DNA of 64,000 nucleotides, from the sequence record DRR378314_405; one strand, 5' to 3'. The notes beneath the pieces were generated by a model, which worked only from the letters and a program-made list of their open reading frames with translations, searched no databases and had not been told where the DNA came from. A program made the translations under genes and the position numbers. Below are positions 19,004-30,231 of the stretch, one piece after another; the stretch's first letter is position 1, and every line of letters starts with the position of its first letter.

Positions 19004-20164
19004 ATGCTATATAAACAAGAACATCGCGAATTCATGAATTCCTTGAGCAAATTCATCGCTGCAGAGATTACCCCTTATGTGGATGACTGGGAAGACGCAG
19101 GAATTTTCCCGGCCAAGGAACTGTTCAAGAAAATGGGCTCCCAAGGGTTTTTGGGGGTCTGCAAACCCGAAGAATATGGCGGTATGGGCCTTGATTATTC
19201 CTTCAGTCTGGCCATGGCAGAAACCCTGGGTGAAGTCCCTTGTGGTGGCGTTCCAATGGCAATCGGGGTGCAAACGGATATGGCAACCCCCGCGCTTGCC
19301 CGCTTCGGATCCGACTATGTGAAAGACAACTTCCTGCGCCATGCGATCTCAGGCGAATATGTCGCCTGTATCGGGGTATCCGAACCTGGCGCTGGCTCAG
19401 ATGTGGCCAACATCAAGTCCAATGCCCGTAAAGACGGTGACGATTATGTCATTAATGGCCAGAAAATGTGGATCACAAACGGCACACAAGCTGACTTTAT
19501 GTGCATGCTGGTCAACACAAGCGACGGTCCGATCCATAGCAGCAAATCCTTGGTTATTGTGCCGATGGATACGCCCGGCATCACCGTAGAGCGTAAACTG
19601 GATAAACTTGGGATGCGGTCCTCAGACACGGCGCAGCTTTATTTTGAGGACGTTCGCGTTCCCCAAAAAAATATCATCGGCGAAGAAGGCGCGGGCTTTA
19701 CCTACCAGATGCTGCAATTCCAGGAAGAGCGCTTATGGGCAGCCGGAAACGCTCTTCGCACATTGGATAAAACCATTACTGATACGATCGAATATACAGG
19801 CCAGCGGCAGATTTTCGGTCAGTCAGTCCTCGACAATCAGGTGGTCCATTTCCGTCTTGCTGAGCTGAAAACCGAAGTTGAACTTCTTCGCTCCCTTACC
19901 TATCGCGCAGTCGAAGATTACATTAGCGGTGAGAATGTCACCATGATGGCGTCAATGGCCAAATTGAAAGCAGGTCGCCTGATCCGTGAAGTGAATGACG
20001 CCTGTCTGCAATATTATGGTGGGATGGGCTTTATGAACGAAACACTGGTCAGCCGAAACTATCGCGACGGACGGCTTGCGTCCATCGGCGGCGGTGCGGA
20101 TGAAGTGATGCTGGGCATCATTTGCAAACTGATGGATACGCTTCCCAAAACAAAAAAGGGCTAA
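19004..20164 (+). CDS. atuD: Citronellyl-CoA dehydrogenase-like acyl-CoA dehydrogenase
   Basis: GVQTDMATPALARFGS, QFQEERL, SIGGGADEVML; position after atuC. Confidence 0.78.
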   Translation: MLYKQEHREFMNSLSKFIAAEITPYVDDWEDAGIFPAKELFKKMGSQGFLGVCKPEEYGGMGLDYSFSLAMAETLGEVPCGGVPMAIGVQTDMATPALARFGSDYVKDNFLRHAISGEYVACIGVSEPGAGSDVANIKSNARKDGDDYVINGQKMWITNGTQADFMCMLVNTSDGPIHSSKSLVIVPMDTPGITVERKLDKLGMRSSDTAQLYFEDVRVPQKNIIGEEGAGFTYQMLQFQEERLWAAGNALRTLDKTITDTIEYTGQRQIFGQSVLDNQVVHFRLAELKTEVELLRSLTYRAVEDYISGENVTMMASMAKLKAGRLIREVNDACLQYYGGMGFMNETLVSRNYRDGRLASIGGGADEVMLGIICKLMDTLPKTKKG

Positions 20165-20170
20165 GCAACT

Positions 20171-22150
20171 ATGTCAGCTTTTTCCAAAATTCTAATCGCC
20201 AATCGCGGGGAAATCGCCTGCCGGGTGATCACAACGGCTCATATTATGGGCTATGAAACGGTAGCGGTATTTTCAGATGCAGATGAAACCGCCCGGCACG
20301 TAAAGCTGGCCAGCGAAGCCATCCACGTGGGTCCACCAACCGCCAGCGAGAGTTACCTGAATATTGAAAACATACTGGCTGCAGCCAAGAAAACCGGCGC
20401 GGATGCAGTGCATCCAGGCTATGGTTTTTTATCCGAAAATTCAGAGTTTGCCAAACGCTGCACTGATGAAGGGCTGGTATTTATTGGACCTTCGGCAGAA
20501 GCCATTCAGTTGATGGGAAATAAGGCAGAAGCAAAGCGGCGAATGCTGCATGCCCATGTTCCCTGCGTTCCCGGATATGAAGACAAAGACCAATCCAACG
20601 ATCAATTCATGACCGCAGCCGATCAAATCGGCTATCCGGTCATGGTAAAGGCAGCGGCTGGCGGCGGCGGCCGTGGCATGCGCCTTGTTCAGGCCGACGA
20701 TCAACTGGAAAAAGCGCTGGAAACCGCCAGATCAGAAGCCAAAAACGCTTTTGGGTCCGACGAACTCATTCTTGAAAAAGCCGTTATTGAACCCCGGCAT
20801 ATTGAAATCCAGGTTTTCGCCGATCAACAGGGCAATTGTATTCATCTGGGGGAACGGGACTGCTCTATTCAACGGCGACACCAAAAAGTTATTGAAGAGG
20901 CTCCCTCTCCCGCGGTTTCGGAAACCCTTCGTGCTGAAATGGGCGCAGCGGCTGTTGCCGCCGCCAAAGCAATTCACTATTGCGGCGCCGGAACCGTTGA
21001 ATTTCTGCTCAGTCCTGATGGGGAATTTTATTTCCTGGAAATGAACACGCGCCTGCAAGTTGAACATCCAGTGACCGAGCTTGTCACTGGATTTGATCTG
21101 GTGGAGTGGCAGATCCGGATTGCCCGCGGCGAACCACTCCCTGTCCGTCAGGATCAGGTTAATATAAGCGGACATGCGATTGAAGCCCGCCTTTATGCCG
21201 AAGATCCGGCAAAAAATTTCCTGCCACGCGTGGGTCAAGTTCACCTCTGGAAACCGGCTGAAGGCGAAGGCGTTCGGTGTGACCATGGACTGCAGACCGG
21301 ATTTGAAATCACCCCGGACTATGATCCCATGGTGGCCAAAGTGATCGCTTATGGTGACAGCCGGGAAGACGCCCGCAGACGGCTCATCAAAGCGTTGAAT
21401 GATACTCAGGATTTAGGATTGACCACGAACCGACCGTTTCTGATCAATTGTCTGGCACATGAAAATTTTGCCGCTGGAAAAGCAACCACCGCCTTCATAG
21501 AAACCTATTTTCCCAAGAAAGCCTTAAAAACCACCCCGCCAAGCGCAAACCAGAAAGCGGCCAGCGTCGCCCTTCTCTATCAATTACAGGCGTTTCATTC
21601 GGGCCGATCAACAGATGGGTGGGATAGCAGTTCGGTGGGCCAACAGTTGCTCATTGTGGAATTTGATGGAAAAGCGCAAGAAATCCTGATCAAAAATCCA
21701 AGCCCTTCCCTCTATCATATCAGCCAGGGCGATGGGACAATTGCCGTTCAAATGCTGGACGTTGCCCAGAATAGTTTCCGCTTTCGCTGTGACGGTCATA
21801 TTCAATCCGGTGTCTTTGCGATCGCTCAACAGAAGGTCTATTTCGGGTTTGGGGCCCAGAAATTGACGCTGGAGGATATCACCCATCAGATATCCCGATC
21901 CGATACCGAAAATTCAGACAGTCTGATAACCTCACCGATGAATGGCCGCGTTTTGAAAGTCCTGGTGGCGGCAGGTGAGCCGGTGAAAAAAGGGCAGAGC
22001 CTGTTCATACTGGAAGCCATGAAAATGGAACATGACATTACCGCCAAGACTGATGGGATTATCGACCGACTAATGGTCAGTCCAGACCAGCAGGTTGCCA
22101 GCAAGGCCCTTCTCGCCGAGATTAAAACCACTGCAGGAGGTGACTCATGA
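20171..22150 (+). CDS. atuF: Geranyl-CoA carboxylase alpha subunit (biotin carboxylase + biotin carrier)
   Basis: ANRGEIA, HPGYGFLSEN, GGGGRGMR, ERDCSIQRRHQK, EMNTRLQVEH, biotin site EAMKM. Confidence 0.78.
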   Translation: MSAFSKILIANRGEIACRVITTAHIMGYETVAVFSDADETARHVKLASEAIHVGPPTASESYLNIENILAAAKKTGADAVHPGYGFLSENSEFAKRCTDEGLVFIGPSAEAIQLMGNKAEAKRRMLHAHVPCVPGYEDKDQSNDQFMTAADQIGYPVMVKAAAGGGGRGMRLVQADDQLEKALETARSEAKNAFGSDELILEKAVIEPRHIEIQVFADQQGNCIHLGERDCSIQRRHQKVIEEAPSPAVSETLRAEMGAAAVAAAKAIHYCGAGTVEFLLSPDGEFYFLEMNTRLQVEHPVTELVTGFDLVEWQIRIARGEPLPVRQDQVNISGHAIEARLYAEDPAKNFLPRVGQVHLWKPAEGEGVRCDHGLQTGFEITPDYDPMVAKVIAYGDSREDARRRLIKALNDTQDLGLTTNRPFLINCLAHENFAAGKATTAFIETYFPKKALKTTPPSANQKAASVALLYQLQAFHSGRSTDGWDSSSVGQQLLIVEFDGKAQEILIKNPSPSLYHISQGDGTIAVQMLDVAQNSFRFRCDGHIQSGVFAIAQQKVYFGFGAQKLTLEDITHQISRSDTENSDSLITSPMNGRVLKVLVAAGEPVKKGQSLFILEAMKMEHDITAKTDGIIDRLMVSPDQQVASKALLAEIKTTAGGDS

Positions 22151-23301
22151 GTGCGCTTGAGCGATACGCCGCCCCCTTCTTCAGCGACGAACATAACGCC
22201 TATCGGGATACGGTTCGGCGGTTTATCGAAAACGAGATCGAGCCGTTTGCCACCGATTGGGATGAAGCCGGGAGTTTTCCGCGGGAACTTTATAAAAAAG
22301 CAGCAAATATCGGCATGCTTGGAGTTGGGTTTCCAGAGCAGTATGGCGGGCTTGAAGTCGATCTGTTTTATGAATTGATCAACTCTGAGGAGTTGGCCCG
22401 GGTCGGGGCCGGGGGTATCTCCGCCAGCTTGATGAGCCACACGATTGGGGCACCGCCCATCAACAACGTGGGAACCGACGCTCAGAAAGCCAGATATCTT
22501 CCTAAAATCCTGGCGGGCGAAATGATCAGTGCGCTGGCCATCACGGAGCCGAGCGGCGGATCAGATGTCGCCAATTTGAAGACCACAGCCAAGCGGGACG
22601 GCGATCACTTCATCGTCAACGGATCCAAAACCTTTATCACGTCTGGCATGCGGGCAGATGTCTACACCGTTGCCGTTCGGACCGGCGCGCCCGGTATGGG
22701 CGGAATTTCCTTATTGCTGATTGACCGGGATACTCCCGGCTTTGATCGAACCCCGTTAAAGAAAATGGGATGGTGGGCATCCGATACGGCGACCCTTTAT
22801 TTCGATGACTGCAAAGTCCCTGCCGAAAATCTCTTAGGTGAAGAGAATCAGGGTTTCCAGGCCATCATGCTCAATTTCAATTCAGAGCGGCTACATATGG
22901 CTGCGGGTAGTATTTCCGCTGCGCGCACATGTTACAACGAAGTCCTGGCTTACGCCAAAGAGCGGATGGTATTTGGCAAGCCACTCACAGAAAAACAGGT
23001 AATCCGGCACAAGCTGGTTCAAATGGCCCAGCGGATAAATGTGTCCCAGGCCTATCTAGACCAACTGGCGATGCGGATTTTCAATGGGCAGCAACCCGTT
23101 GCCGATATTTGTATGTTAAAAAATCAAGCGACGGAAACTCTGGAGTTTTGCGCCCGAGAGGGCGTTCAGATCATGGGGGGTGCTGGCTTCATGCGCGGCC
23201 CAAAAGTTGAGCGGATTTACCGGGAGGTTCGTGTCAACGCCATTGGAGGGGGCGCAGAAGAGATCATGCGGGATCTGGCCTCCCGACAGTTGGGAATATA
23301 A
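22147..23301 (+). CDS. Acyl-CoA dehydrogenase
   Basis: LAITEPSGGSDVA, NGSKTFITSG, FNSERL, IGGGAEEIM; ATGA overlap with atuF. Confidence 0.92.
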   Translation: MSALERYAAPFFSDEHNAYRDTVRRFIENEIEPFATDWDEAGSFPRELYKKAANIGMLGVGFPEQYGGLEVDLFYELINSEELARVGAGGISASLMSHTIGAPPINNVGTDAQKARYLPKILAGEMISALAITEPSGGSDVANLKTTAKRDGDHFIVNGSKTFITSGMRADVYTVAVRTGAPGMGGISLLLIDRDTPGFDRTPLKKMGWWASDTATLYFDDCKVPAENLLGEENQGFQAIMLNFNSERLHMAAGSISAARTCYNEVLAYAKERMVFGKPLTEKQVIRHKLVQMAQRINVSQAYLDQLAMRIFNGQQPVADICMLKNQATETLEFCAREGVQIMGGAGFMRGPKVERIYREVRVNAIGGGAEEIMRDLASRQLGI

Positions 23302-23311
23302 TCTACAGTTA

Positions 23312-23346
23312 GCCGGGGCCGGGCCAGTTTCAAGCTCAGCCCCGGT
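23312..23346. terminator. GC-rich hairpin between convergent genes
   Basis: CCGGGGCCGGGC...GCTCAGCCCCGG. Confidence 0.5.
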
Positions 23347-23354
23347 ACAGAGAT

Positions 23355-23816
23355 TTACCCTTTGTCTTTATGACGCTTATGATGACCTTTTCCCATCATT
23401 GGCCTCATTTTTTCAACTTCTTCCTTGGACAGGTTGCCATCTCCATCAAGGTCAGCTTTCTTGAATTTCTCAGAGACGAAAGCCATGACTTCCTGCTCAC
23501 TCACCAATCCATTGCTGTCCGTATCAAAACGCATCATCATTCGGGTGATCCGTTTGTCCATACGGTCTTTATGCGCCTGCATCGCCTCGTCTTTTGATAA
23601 CAGCCCATCAGAGTTTTTGTCTGCTTTATCAAAGCCCCGTTGAAGAGGTTTTGGCATTTCATCTTTCGTCAGCAGGCCATCCTTGTTGGCGTCATGCTTT
23701 TCAAAGAGACGCTCAATCCTTTTTTCCGGTCCTTTATCATCATGCTTCGCAGCAAAAGTTACGGCAGGGATCGCAACGGCAGCGATAAGAGCAGAAGTAA
23801 TAACAATGCGTTTCAT
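23355..23816 (-). CDS. Secreted EF-hand domain protein
   Basis: Signal peptide MKRIVITSALIAAVAIPAVTFA; four D.N/D.DG.L/VS..E loops; GAAAGGA RBS. Confidence 0.88.
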   Translation of the reverse strand: MKRIVITSALIAAVAIPAVTFAAKHDDKGPEKRIERLFEKHDANKDGLLTKDEMPKPLQRGFDKADKNSDGLLSKDEAMQAHKDRMDKRITRMMMRFDTDSNGLVSEQEVMAFVSEKFKKADLDGDGNLSKEEVEKMRPMMGKGHHKRHKDKG

Positions 23817-23897
23817 AGAAAACGTCCTTTCAAGTTGAGTACGAAGCTTTAACGCCCGGCTCAAATCATTCCGTCGAAAAAAATTAGACAAATATAT

Positions 23898-23922
23898 TGA
23901 ACAGTGTTCATTTTTATGAACA
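23898..23922. promoter_or_regulatory. Candidate TetR operator (TGAACA-G-TGTTCA plus a third TGAACA half-site)
   Basis: Perfect 13-bp inverted repeat upstream of the crotonase-TetR operon. Confidence 0.55.
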
Positions 23923-23947
23923 ATACGATCAAACGGAGGAAACAATC

Positions 23948-24781
23948 ATGCAGGACGAAATTGTTCTTTATAAAAAAACGGATCGCATTGCGCGGATCAC
24001 ATTGAATAGACCGGATACCTATAATGCTATTCACATGGACACACCGCGGGCAATTCGGGAAGCCATTGAAAAAGCTAATGCGGATGATTCTGTGCATGTC
24101 ATTATTCTGGAAGGTGCGGGAAAAGCCTTCTGTTCCGGATATGACCTGAAAATCTATGCGGAAACCGAAGGAACTAATCCCGGTGTTCAGGAAATGCCAT
24201 GGGACCCCACGCTGGATTATAAAATGATGATGTCCAATACCCAGGATTTCATGAGCATTTTTCGATCCTACAAACCAGTTATCGCGAAAGTTCACGGATA
24301 TGCTGTTGCTGGCGGCAGTGATATTGCCCTCTGCGCTGATCTGGTGGTGATGGAAGAAACCGCAAAAATCGGCTACCCGCCAGCGCGGATGTGGGGATGC
24401 CCGACGACGGCCATGTGGGTGTACCGTCTGGGTCCGGAAAAAGCAAAACGCATGCTGCTGACCGGCGATCTTGTGACCGGCAGAGAGGCCAAAGAAATGG
24501 GGCTTGTGATTGATGCCGTTCCAGAAGATCAACTGGAAGATCGCGTCCTCCAACTGGCAAAGCGGATTGGCTCTGTTCCCAAAAACCAGTTGATGATGCA
24601 AAAAATGATGATTAATCAGGCACTTGATAATATGGGATTGGCCTCCACCCAAATGACGGCGACCTTGTTTGATGGCATCACTCGTCACAGCCCGGAAGGC
24701 ATGTGGTTCAAAGAAAGAGCCGAAGAAGTTGGCTTCCAGCAGGCAGTTAAAGAACGCGATAGCGGTCAGGACCTGGGATAA
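23948..24781 (+). CDS. Crotonase/enoyl-CoA hydratase family protein
   Basis: LNRP...NA, AFCSGYDL, HGYAVAGG; GGAGG RBS before ATG 23948. Confidence 0.9.
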   Translation: MQDEIVLYKKTDRIARITLNRPDTYNAIHMDTPRAIREAIEKANADDSVHVIILEGAGKAFCSGYDLKIYAETEGTNPGVQEMPWDPTLDYKMMMSNTQDFMSIFRSYKPVIAKVHGYAVAGGSDIALCADLVVMEETAKIGYPPARMWGCPTTAMWVYRLGPEKAKRMLLTGDLVTGREAKEMGLVIDAVPEDQLEDRVLQLAKRIGSVPKNQLMMQKMMINQALDNMGLASTQMTATLFDGITRHSPEGMWFKERAEEVGFQQAVKERDSGQDLG

Positions 24782-24786
24782 ACCCA

Positions 24787-25410
24787 ATGTCCGATACCCA
24801 GAAATCGAACCGGCGTGAAGAAGTTCAAAAATACAAACGGCAGAAAATCCTGCAGGCAGCCTCTCATCTCTTTCAGCAAAATGGGCTGGAGGGGTCAACC
24901 ATGCGGGCTATTGCCAACGAAGCAGGCTATTCCACTGGTGCTCCGTATGCCTATTTCCAATCCAAGGAAGAGATTTATGCGGAACTGCTATTTGCATCCC
25001 TTACACGCCTGACAAAAACCGTCAAGCAAGCCAGTGACATAGCCCACGGCCCAACAGACAAAGTTATCCACGCGTTCAAAGCGTATGCTGAGTTCTACCT
25101 GAACCATCCGGAAGATTTGCAACTGGGGCTTTATCTGTTTTCATCCGGCCAGGTCCGTAAACAAGGGTTCTCAGAGGAAACAAACCGGCTTTTGAACGGA
25201 AAACTGACCGCACTCCTCGGACATATGGCCAATACCCTGCACCAATCTGGCTCTCTGGCCGCTGAGACGGCACAGGACGAAACTTTAGACACGATCAGCT
25301 TTATCACCGGCACCCTGATTCTGGCTGAGACCGGGCGTCTCTCTCTTTTTGGCGCTTCCGCTGAAGAAATGATCGACCGACATATCTATCAGATGCTAAA
25401 AAGGATCTGA
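24787..25410 (+). CDS. TetR/AcrR family transcriptional regulator
   Basis: ILQAA..LF...G..STMRAIANEAGYSTGAPYAYFQSKEEI HTH. Confidence 0.92.
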   Translation: MSDTQKSNRREEVQKYKRQKILQAASHLFQQNGLEGSTMRAIANEAGYSTGAPYAYFQSKEEIYAELLFASLTRLTKTVKQASDIAHGPTDKVIHAFKAYAEFYLNHPEDLQLGLYLFSSGQVRKQGFSEETNRLLNGKLTALLGHMANTLHQSGSLAAETAQDETLDTISFITGTLILAETGRLSLFGASAEEMIDRHIYQMLKRI

Positions 25411-25428
25411 CCAAAAAGAACAAGAAAA

Positions 25429-25881
25429 ATGGGAGTGTCGCTTTCCATGAGTGGATATGTAGAGAGTTTTCGGGGCCATGTTCTGAATAGTGAGTGTGAC
25501 CTGATGGGTCATTTGAACATTCAGTTTTATGGGGCCTATATCAGCCAAGCCATGCAAAATATGTTTTTCCAAATCGGTTTCCCTGTCACTGAAATGCGGG
25601 ACACGATGACCGGCTTTGCAGCGGTTGATCAAAAGAGCAAATATCGTAAAGAATTAGTGGCCGGTGACGTTATTCACATGACATCAGCCGTCGCCCAGTA
25701 TTCTGAAAAATCAGTTACTTTCCATCATCAGCTTTTTAACAGTGCAACTGATGAGTTGTCTTTTGAATCGCTTCTGACGGCACTGCATTTCGACATGAAA
25801 GCCAGAAAAGCCAAAGCCTTTGAAGCCGGTACACTGGAGTTGCTGGGCACCCTCAAACTAACTGAGGAGGTGAGCCTATGA
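25429..25881 (+). CDS. 4HBT-like acyl-CoA thioesterase (start may be 25447)
   Basis: ECDLMGHLN..FY hot-dog motif, YRKEL.AGD. Confidence 0.82.
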   Translation: MGVSLSMSGYVESFRGHVLNSECDLMGHLNIQFYGAYISQAMQNMFFQIGFPVTEMRDTMTGFAAVDQKSKYRKELVAGDVIHMTSAVAQYSEKSVTFHHQLFNSATDELSFESLLTALHFDMKARKAKAFEAGTLELLGTLKLTEEVSL

Positions 25882-26792
25882 TCCCGTTAAATGACAAGCT
25901 TATTCCCGGATACCGGGGCGCTGTGGAAACTTGGGAATGTGATCAGATGAAGCACATGAATGTGCAATTCTATAGCTCCCGCGCATCAAGTTCATTGTCT
26001 CATCTGCTGCAGGCAATGGGCCTCACACCACAGCGGGTTCGCAGCGAGGTGAAGTCCCTGCGCTATCGGGATCTGAGGATCCAATATATGTCCGAAATGC
26101 GGGTCGGTGCCATTATGTATGGTGTCTCTGGCGTTCGAAAGGTGAAGGATGGTGAGATACAGGCCTTTACCCACCTGTTCGATGCCACCAATGACAAATT
26201 ATCCTCTATAAGCGAGTTTCATCTCGTCTATGAAGATCTGCAGACGGCAGAGCGACTGGATATTCCCGCTGATATTCTGGAAGCAGCCAAGCGCCTTGAA
26301 GATGAACATGAGGGCCTGTACGAGCCCGCGCCCATGAAAACGGTTTTGCTACCGGCTAAACCAATGGAGCATATGTTCGAAACCAACCGCAGTGCGGTGG
26401 ATGTCTGGGAATGCGATGCCCACAGCAATATTGAGGTTCGAAATATTATTGCCCGCTTCTCCGATGCGGCCAGTCATATCATGAGCTCGGTTGGCATTAC
26501 CCGCGCCATGCAGCGGGAGCGTAATCTTGGATCAGCGGCCCTGGATTATTACACCGAATTCAAACGCCCTGTCCGTATGGCTGACTCGCTGGTTCTGAAA
26601 AGCGGACTTTTGGATCGGTTGCCCAAGAATTTCGTGTTCGGCCATCACCTGATCAATTGCGATACAGATGAAGTGGTTAACTGTACAACAGTTCTGGGGT
26701 GTTATTTTGACATGTCTTTGAGAAAAGCGGTCCAGTTGCCGGCGGAATATCGCAATGTTCCTGAAGAGCGACTGTTAAAACACCAGATCTAA
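25878..26792 (+). CDS. Tandem (double hot-dog) thioesterase family protein
   Basis: Two repeats: V.TWECDQMKHMN and V.VWECDAHSNIE; ATGA overlap. Confidence 0.82.
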   Translation: MIPLNDKLIPGYRGAVETWECDQMKHMNVQFYSSRASSSLSHLLQAMGLTPQRVRSEVKSLRYRDLRIQYMSEMRVGAIMYGVSGVRKVKDGEIQAFTHLFDATNDKLSSISEFHLVYEDLQTAERLDIPADILEAAKRLEDEHEGLYEPAPMKTVLLPAKPMEHMFETNRSAVDVWECDAHSNIEVRNIIARFSDAASHIMSSVGITRAMQRERNLGSAALDYYTEFKRPVRMADSLVLKSGLLDRLPKNFVFGHHLINCDTDEVVNCTTVLGCYFDMSLRKAVQLPAEYRNVPEERLLKHQI

Positions 26793-26799
26793 TTCCATG

Positions 26800-26829
26800 A
26801 AAAAAAGCGCGGCATCCCTGCCGCGCTTT
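26800..26829 (-). terminator. Intrinsic terminator of the fad operon
   Basis: AAAAAAAGCGCGGCA-TCCC-TGCCGCGCTTT. Confidence 0.75.
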
Positions 26830-26852
26830 CCTTGCCTGTCCTTGCGAAGCCC

Positions 26853-28988
26853 TTAGGCCGCGTAGAACTGCTCCCCTTTTGAAGCCATATCCCGCAGCAG
26901 CGATGGCGGCGTAAAGCGCGCACCATAAGCTTGCGCCATGCGATTACATTCAGAAACAAATGTATCCACACCCACTGTGTGGATCTGACTGATCGCACCG
27001 CCCTGGAACGGCGCAAAACCCCATCCCAAAATTGAGCCGACATCCGCGTCTGTTGGATTGGTGACCACGTTTTCTTCCAGACAACGAGCCGTTTCCACAG
27101 ATTGAATAAACATCAGGCGCTTGATCACTTCGTCAACGGATGGCTGTTCAGCTTCCGGTTTCTGCGGAAAATGTTCACCAAGGCCTTCCCAAAGCTGTTT
27201 TTTGCCGCCTTCCGGATATTCATAGAAGCCTTTGCCCTCGCGTTTGCCAACCCGCTGCAAGTCTTCCACCATTTTGGACACAACAGGCTCGCTTGGGGCC
27301 GCGACATATTTATCACCAAGATCATTCTTGGTCTGCGCGGCAACCTTATAAATCAGATCAAGCGCCACTTCATCCGCCAGGGCCAGTGGCCCAACTGGCA
27401 TGCCCGCCATTTTACCCGCATTATCAATCAAGGCCGGATTGACGCCTTCTGCCAACATGGCAATGCCTTCGCTGACATAGGTACCAAACACCCGACTTGT
27501 GTAGAAACCCCGGCTGTCATTGACAACAATTGGGGTTTTCCGGATGGCTTTGACATAATCCATAGACCGGGCCAGTGCTTCCTGACTGGTTTCCTTCCCG
27601 CAAATGATTTCCACCAATGGCATTTTATCCACCGGGGAGAAGAAATGCAGGCCGATGAAGTTTTCCGGCCGTTTGCTGGCCTCTGCCAAACCAGTGATTG
27701 GCAGGGTTGAGGTGTTGGAAGCAAAAATCGCCGTTTCCGCCAGGACCGCTTCGGACTTCTGGGTAACATCTGCCTTGATTTCGCGATTTTCAAATACCGC
27801 TTCGATCACCATATCCGCCCCTTCCAGACGGGCATAATCAGTGGTCGGTGTAATCAGGGACAGAACGCCACTGGCTTTTTCTTCGCTCATCCGTCCACGA
27901 GAAATGGCTTTTTTCAAGAGATTTTCACTATATCCCTTACCCTTGTCCGCTGCGCTTTGGTCCTGATCAATCAAGACAACCTCAATACCGGCCATCGCTG
28001 TGACATACGCAATCCCGGCGCCCATCATACCCGCACCCAATACACCGACCTTTTTATAGGTCTGCGTTGGAATATCTTTGGGACGGCTTGCCAACTTATT
28101 GGCGGCACCAATTCCAAAGAACAGGCTGCGGATCATATTCTTGGCTTCCGGTGACATACATGTTTTGACAAAATACCGGGTCTCAATTTTCAGGCCGTTA
28201 TCGATATTGACACAGCAGCCTTCATAAACGCAGGACATGATATTCAAGGTCGCCGGATAATTCCCTTGGGTCTTATCGCGCAGCATGGCGTTCCCGGCTG
28301 TGAACGTCATCATACCAGCCGGGCTCATGGGGGCACCGCCAGGAATACGGAATTTCTTATGGTCCCAAGGCTGGATCGCATCTTCCGGCTTCGCATTTTT
28401 CAGCCAGTCTTTCGCGGCATTCAGTAATTTATCTGCTGGAACCACGTCATCAACAGCGCCCATTTTCAATGCTTTTTCCGGGCTCAGATGCTTTCCTTCC
28501 AATAGCAAGGGAAGGGCCGCCTGAATGCCAACCAGACGGGGCAGACGCTGGGTTCCGCCGCCACCTGGCAACAACCCAACTTTGACCTCAGGAAGGCCGA
28601 TTTTTGCTTTTGGGTTGTCAGCTGCGATCCGACGATGACACGCAAGGCAGATTTCAAATCCACCGCCCAGCGCGGTCCCGTTTATTGCGGCGACAAAAGG
28701 TTTGCCTGACGTTTCCATGGAGCGGAACAACATCTGCAGTTCCATGCCGTTTTGAAACATTTCTTCCGCACCGTTCCAGCCTTGCAGCATTTCAAGGTCA
28801 GCACCGGCAATCAAATCCGGTTTGGCGGATGTGATGATGACACCTTTGACCGCTTCATCGGAAATGGCTTTTTCAACCGCGTCTTTAAATGCCGGAATAC
28901 TGTCATTGTTCAGCACATTCATACTGCGACCGGGCATATCCCAGGTAATCGTGGCAATCCCGTCGCCATCTACTTCATAATTAATCAT
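26853..28988 (-). CDS. Fatty acid oxidation multifunctional protein (enoyl-CoA hydratase + 3-hydroxyacyl-CoA dehydrogenase), FadJ/FadB-type
   Basis: [49 protein letters not shown]. Confidence 0.93.
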   Translation of the reverse strand: MINYEVDGDGIATITWDMPGRSMNVLNNDSIPAFKDAVEKAISDEAVKGVIITSAKPDLIAGADLEMLQGWNGAEEMFQNGMELQMLFRSMETSGKPFVAAINGTALGGGFEICLACHRRIAADNPKAKIGLPEVKVGLLPGGGGTQRLPRLVGIQAALPLLLEGKHLSPEKALKMGAVDDVVPADKLLNAAKDWLKNAKPEDAIQPWDHKKFRIPGGAPMSPAGMMTFTAGNAMLRDKTQGNYPATLNIMSCVYEGCCVNIDNGLKIETRYFVKTCMSPEAKNMIRSLFFGIGAANKLASRPKDIPTQTYKKVGVLGAGMMGAGIAYVTAMAGIEVVLIDQDQSAADKGKGYSENLLKKAISRGRMSEEKASGVLSLITPTTDYARLEGADMVIEAVFENREIKADVTQKSEAVLAETAIFASNTSTLPITGLAEASKRPENFIGLHFFSPVDKMPLVEIICGKETSQEALARSMDYVKAIRKTPIVVNDSRGFYTSRVFGTYVSEGIAMLAEGVNPALIDNAGKMAGMPVGPLALADEVALDLIYKVAAQTKNDLGDKYVAAPSEPVVSKMVEDLQRVGKREGKGFYEYPEGGKKQLWEGLGEHFPQKPEAEQPSVDEVIKRLMFIQSVETARCLEENVVTNPTDADVGSILGWGFAPFQGGAISQIHTVGVDTFVSECNRMAQAYGARFTPPSLLRDMASKGEQFYAA

Positions 28989-29002
28989 TTTTTCGCAGCC
29001 CC

Positions 29003-30211
29003 TTAGACACGTTCAATAATGGTTGCAGTACCCATACCGGCACCCACACAAAGTGTAATCAATGCCGTATTTTGATCCCGGCGTTCCAACTCGTCCAGAA
29101 CCGTTCCCAGGATCATGGCACCCGTTGCACCCAATGGATGGCCCATGGCAATTGCGCCGCCATTGACGTTAATTTCACTGTGATCCACACCCATGACATC
29201 CATAAAGCGCAGAACAACACCGGCGAAAGCTTCGTTCAGCTCCCAAAGATCAATGTCATCTTTGGTCATTCCCGCCCGTTTCAGCGCCTTTTCAGCCGCG
29301 TAAGAAGGGCCGGTTAGCATAATTGAAGGTTCACTTCCGATAGAGGCAAAGGAGCGAAAACGCGCCCGCGGTTTGACATTAATTTTCTCACCGGTTTCTT
29401 TGTTGCCGATCAGCACTGCGGCGGCCCCATCCACAATACCGGAAGAATTACCCGCATGGTGAACATGGTTCAGTCTTTCGACTTCTGGATAGCGCTGACG
29501 GATAACGGAATCAAAACCGTACTGCTCTCCCTGCGTTACAAAGGACGCATCCAACGCGCCCAGCGACTGCATACTTGTTTCGGGTCGCATATGTTCATCA
29601 TGGTCCAGAATTGTCAGACCGTTCATATCTCTGACCGGAATAACAGAATTTTTGAAATACTGATTGTCCCATGAATGTTTGGCCCGTTTCTGGCTTTCAA
29701 CCGCATATGCATCCACATCATCACGGCTATATCCCCATTTGGTGCAGATCATATCTGCGCCAATCCCTTGTGGGGCGAAATAGGTTTTATAGGCGACTTG
29801 CGGATCTGCTGACCAGGCCCCACCGGAGGACCCCATGGGAACCCGGGACATGCTTTCAACACCACCGCCAACGGTTAAATCACTTTGTCCTGACATCACC
29901 TGGGCAGCAGCCATATTGACGGCCTCCAGACCCGATGCACAGAAGCGGTTAATCTGAACACCAGATGCCGTTTCCGCATAACCGGCATGCAAGGGGGCAA
30001 CCCGGCCGATGACGGCGCCTTGCTCCCCAACAGGTTCAACGCAGCCCAAAACCACATCATCAACAAGGGATGTGTCCAACTCGTTTCTTTCCTGCACCGC
30101 TTTCAAGGCAGTGACCGCCAGATTAATCGGCGTGACCTCATGCAAGCTTCCGCTTGCGCGGCCCTTACCGCGAGGGGTTCTCACAGCATCATAGATATAG
30201 GCTTCTGTCAT
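29003..30211 (-). CDS. Acetyl-CoA C-acyltransferase (thiolase)
   Basis: [27 protein letters not shown]. Confidence 0.95.
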   Translation of the reverse strand: MTEAYIYDAVRTPRGKGRASGSLHEVTPINLAVTALKAVQERNELDTSLVDDVVLGCVEPVGEQGAVIGRVAPLHAGYAETASGVQINRFCASGLEAVNMAAAQVMSGQSDLTVGGGVESMSRVPMGSSGGAWSADPQVAYKTYFAPQGIGADMICTKWGYSRDDVDAYAVESQKRAKHSWDNQYFKNSVIPVRDMNGLTILDHDEHMRPETSMQSLGALDASFVTQGEQYGFDSVIRQRYPEVERLNHVHHAGNSSGIVDGAAAVLIGNKETGEKINVKPRARFRSFASIGSEPSIMLTGPSYAAEKALKRAGMTKDDIDLWELNEAFAGVVLRFMDVMGVDHSEINVNGGAIAMGHPLGATGAMILGTVLDELERRDQNTALITLCVGAGMGTATIIERV

Positions 30212-30231
30212 AATTTCCTCCTTGAGCGCGC

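Noticed and set aside
23861-24898. 345-aa minus-strand ORF
   Set aside because: Antisense to the crotonase/TetR genes, which have clear motifs and RBS
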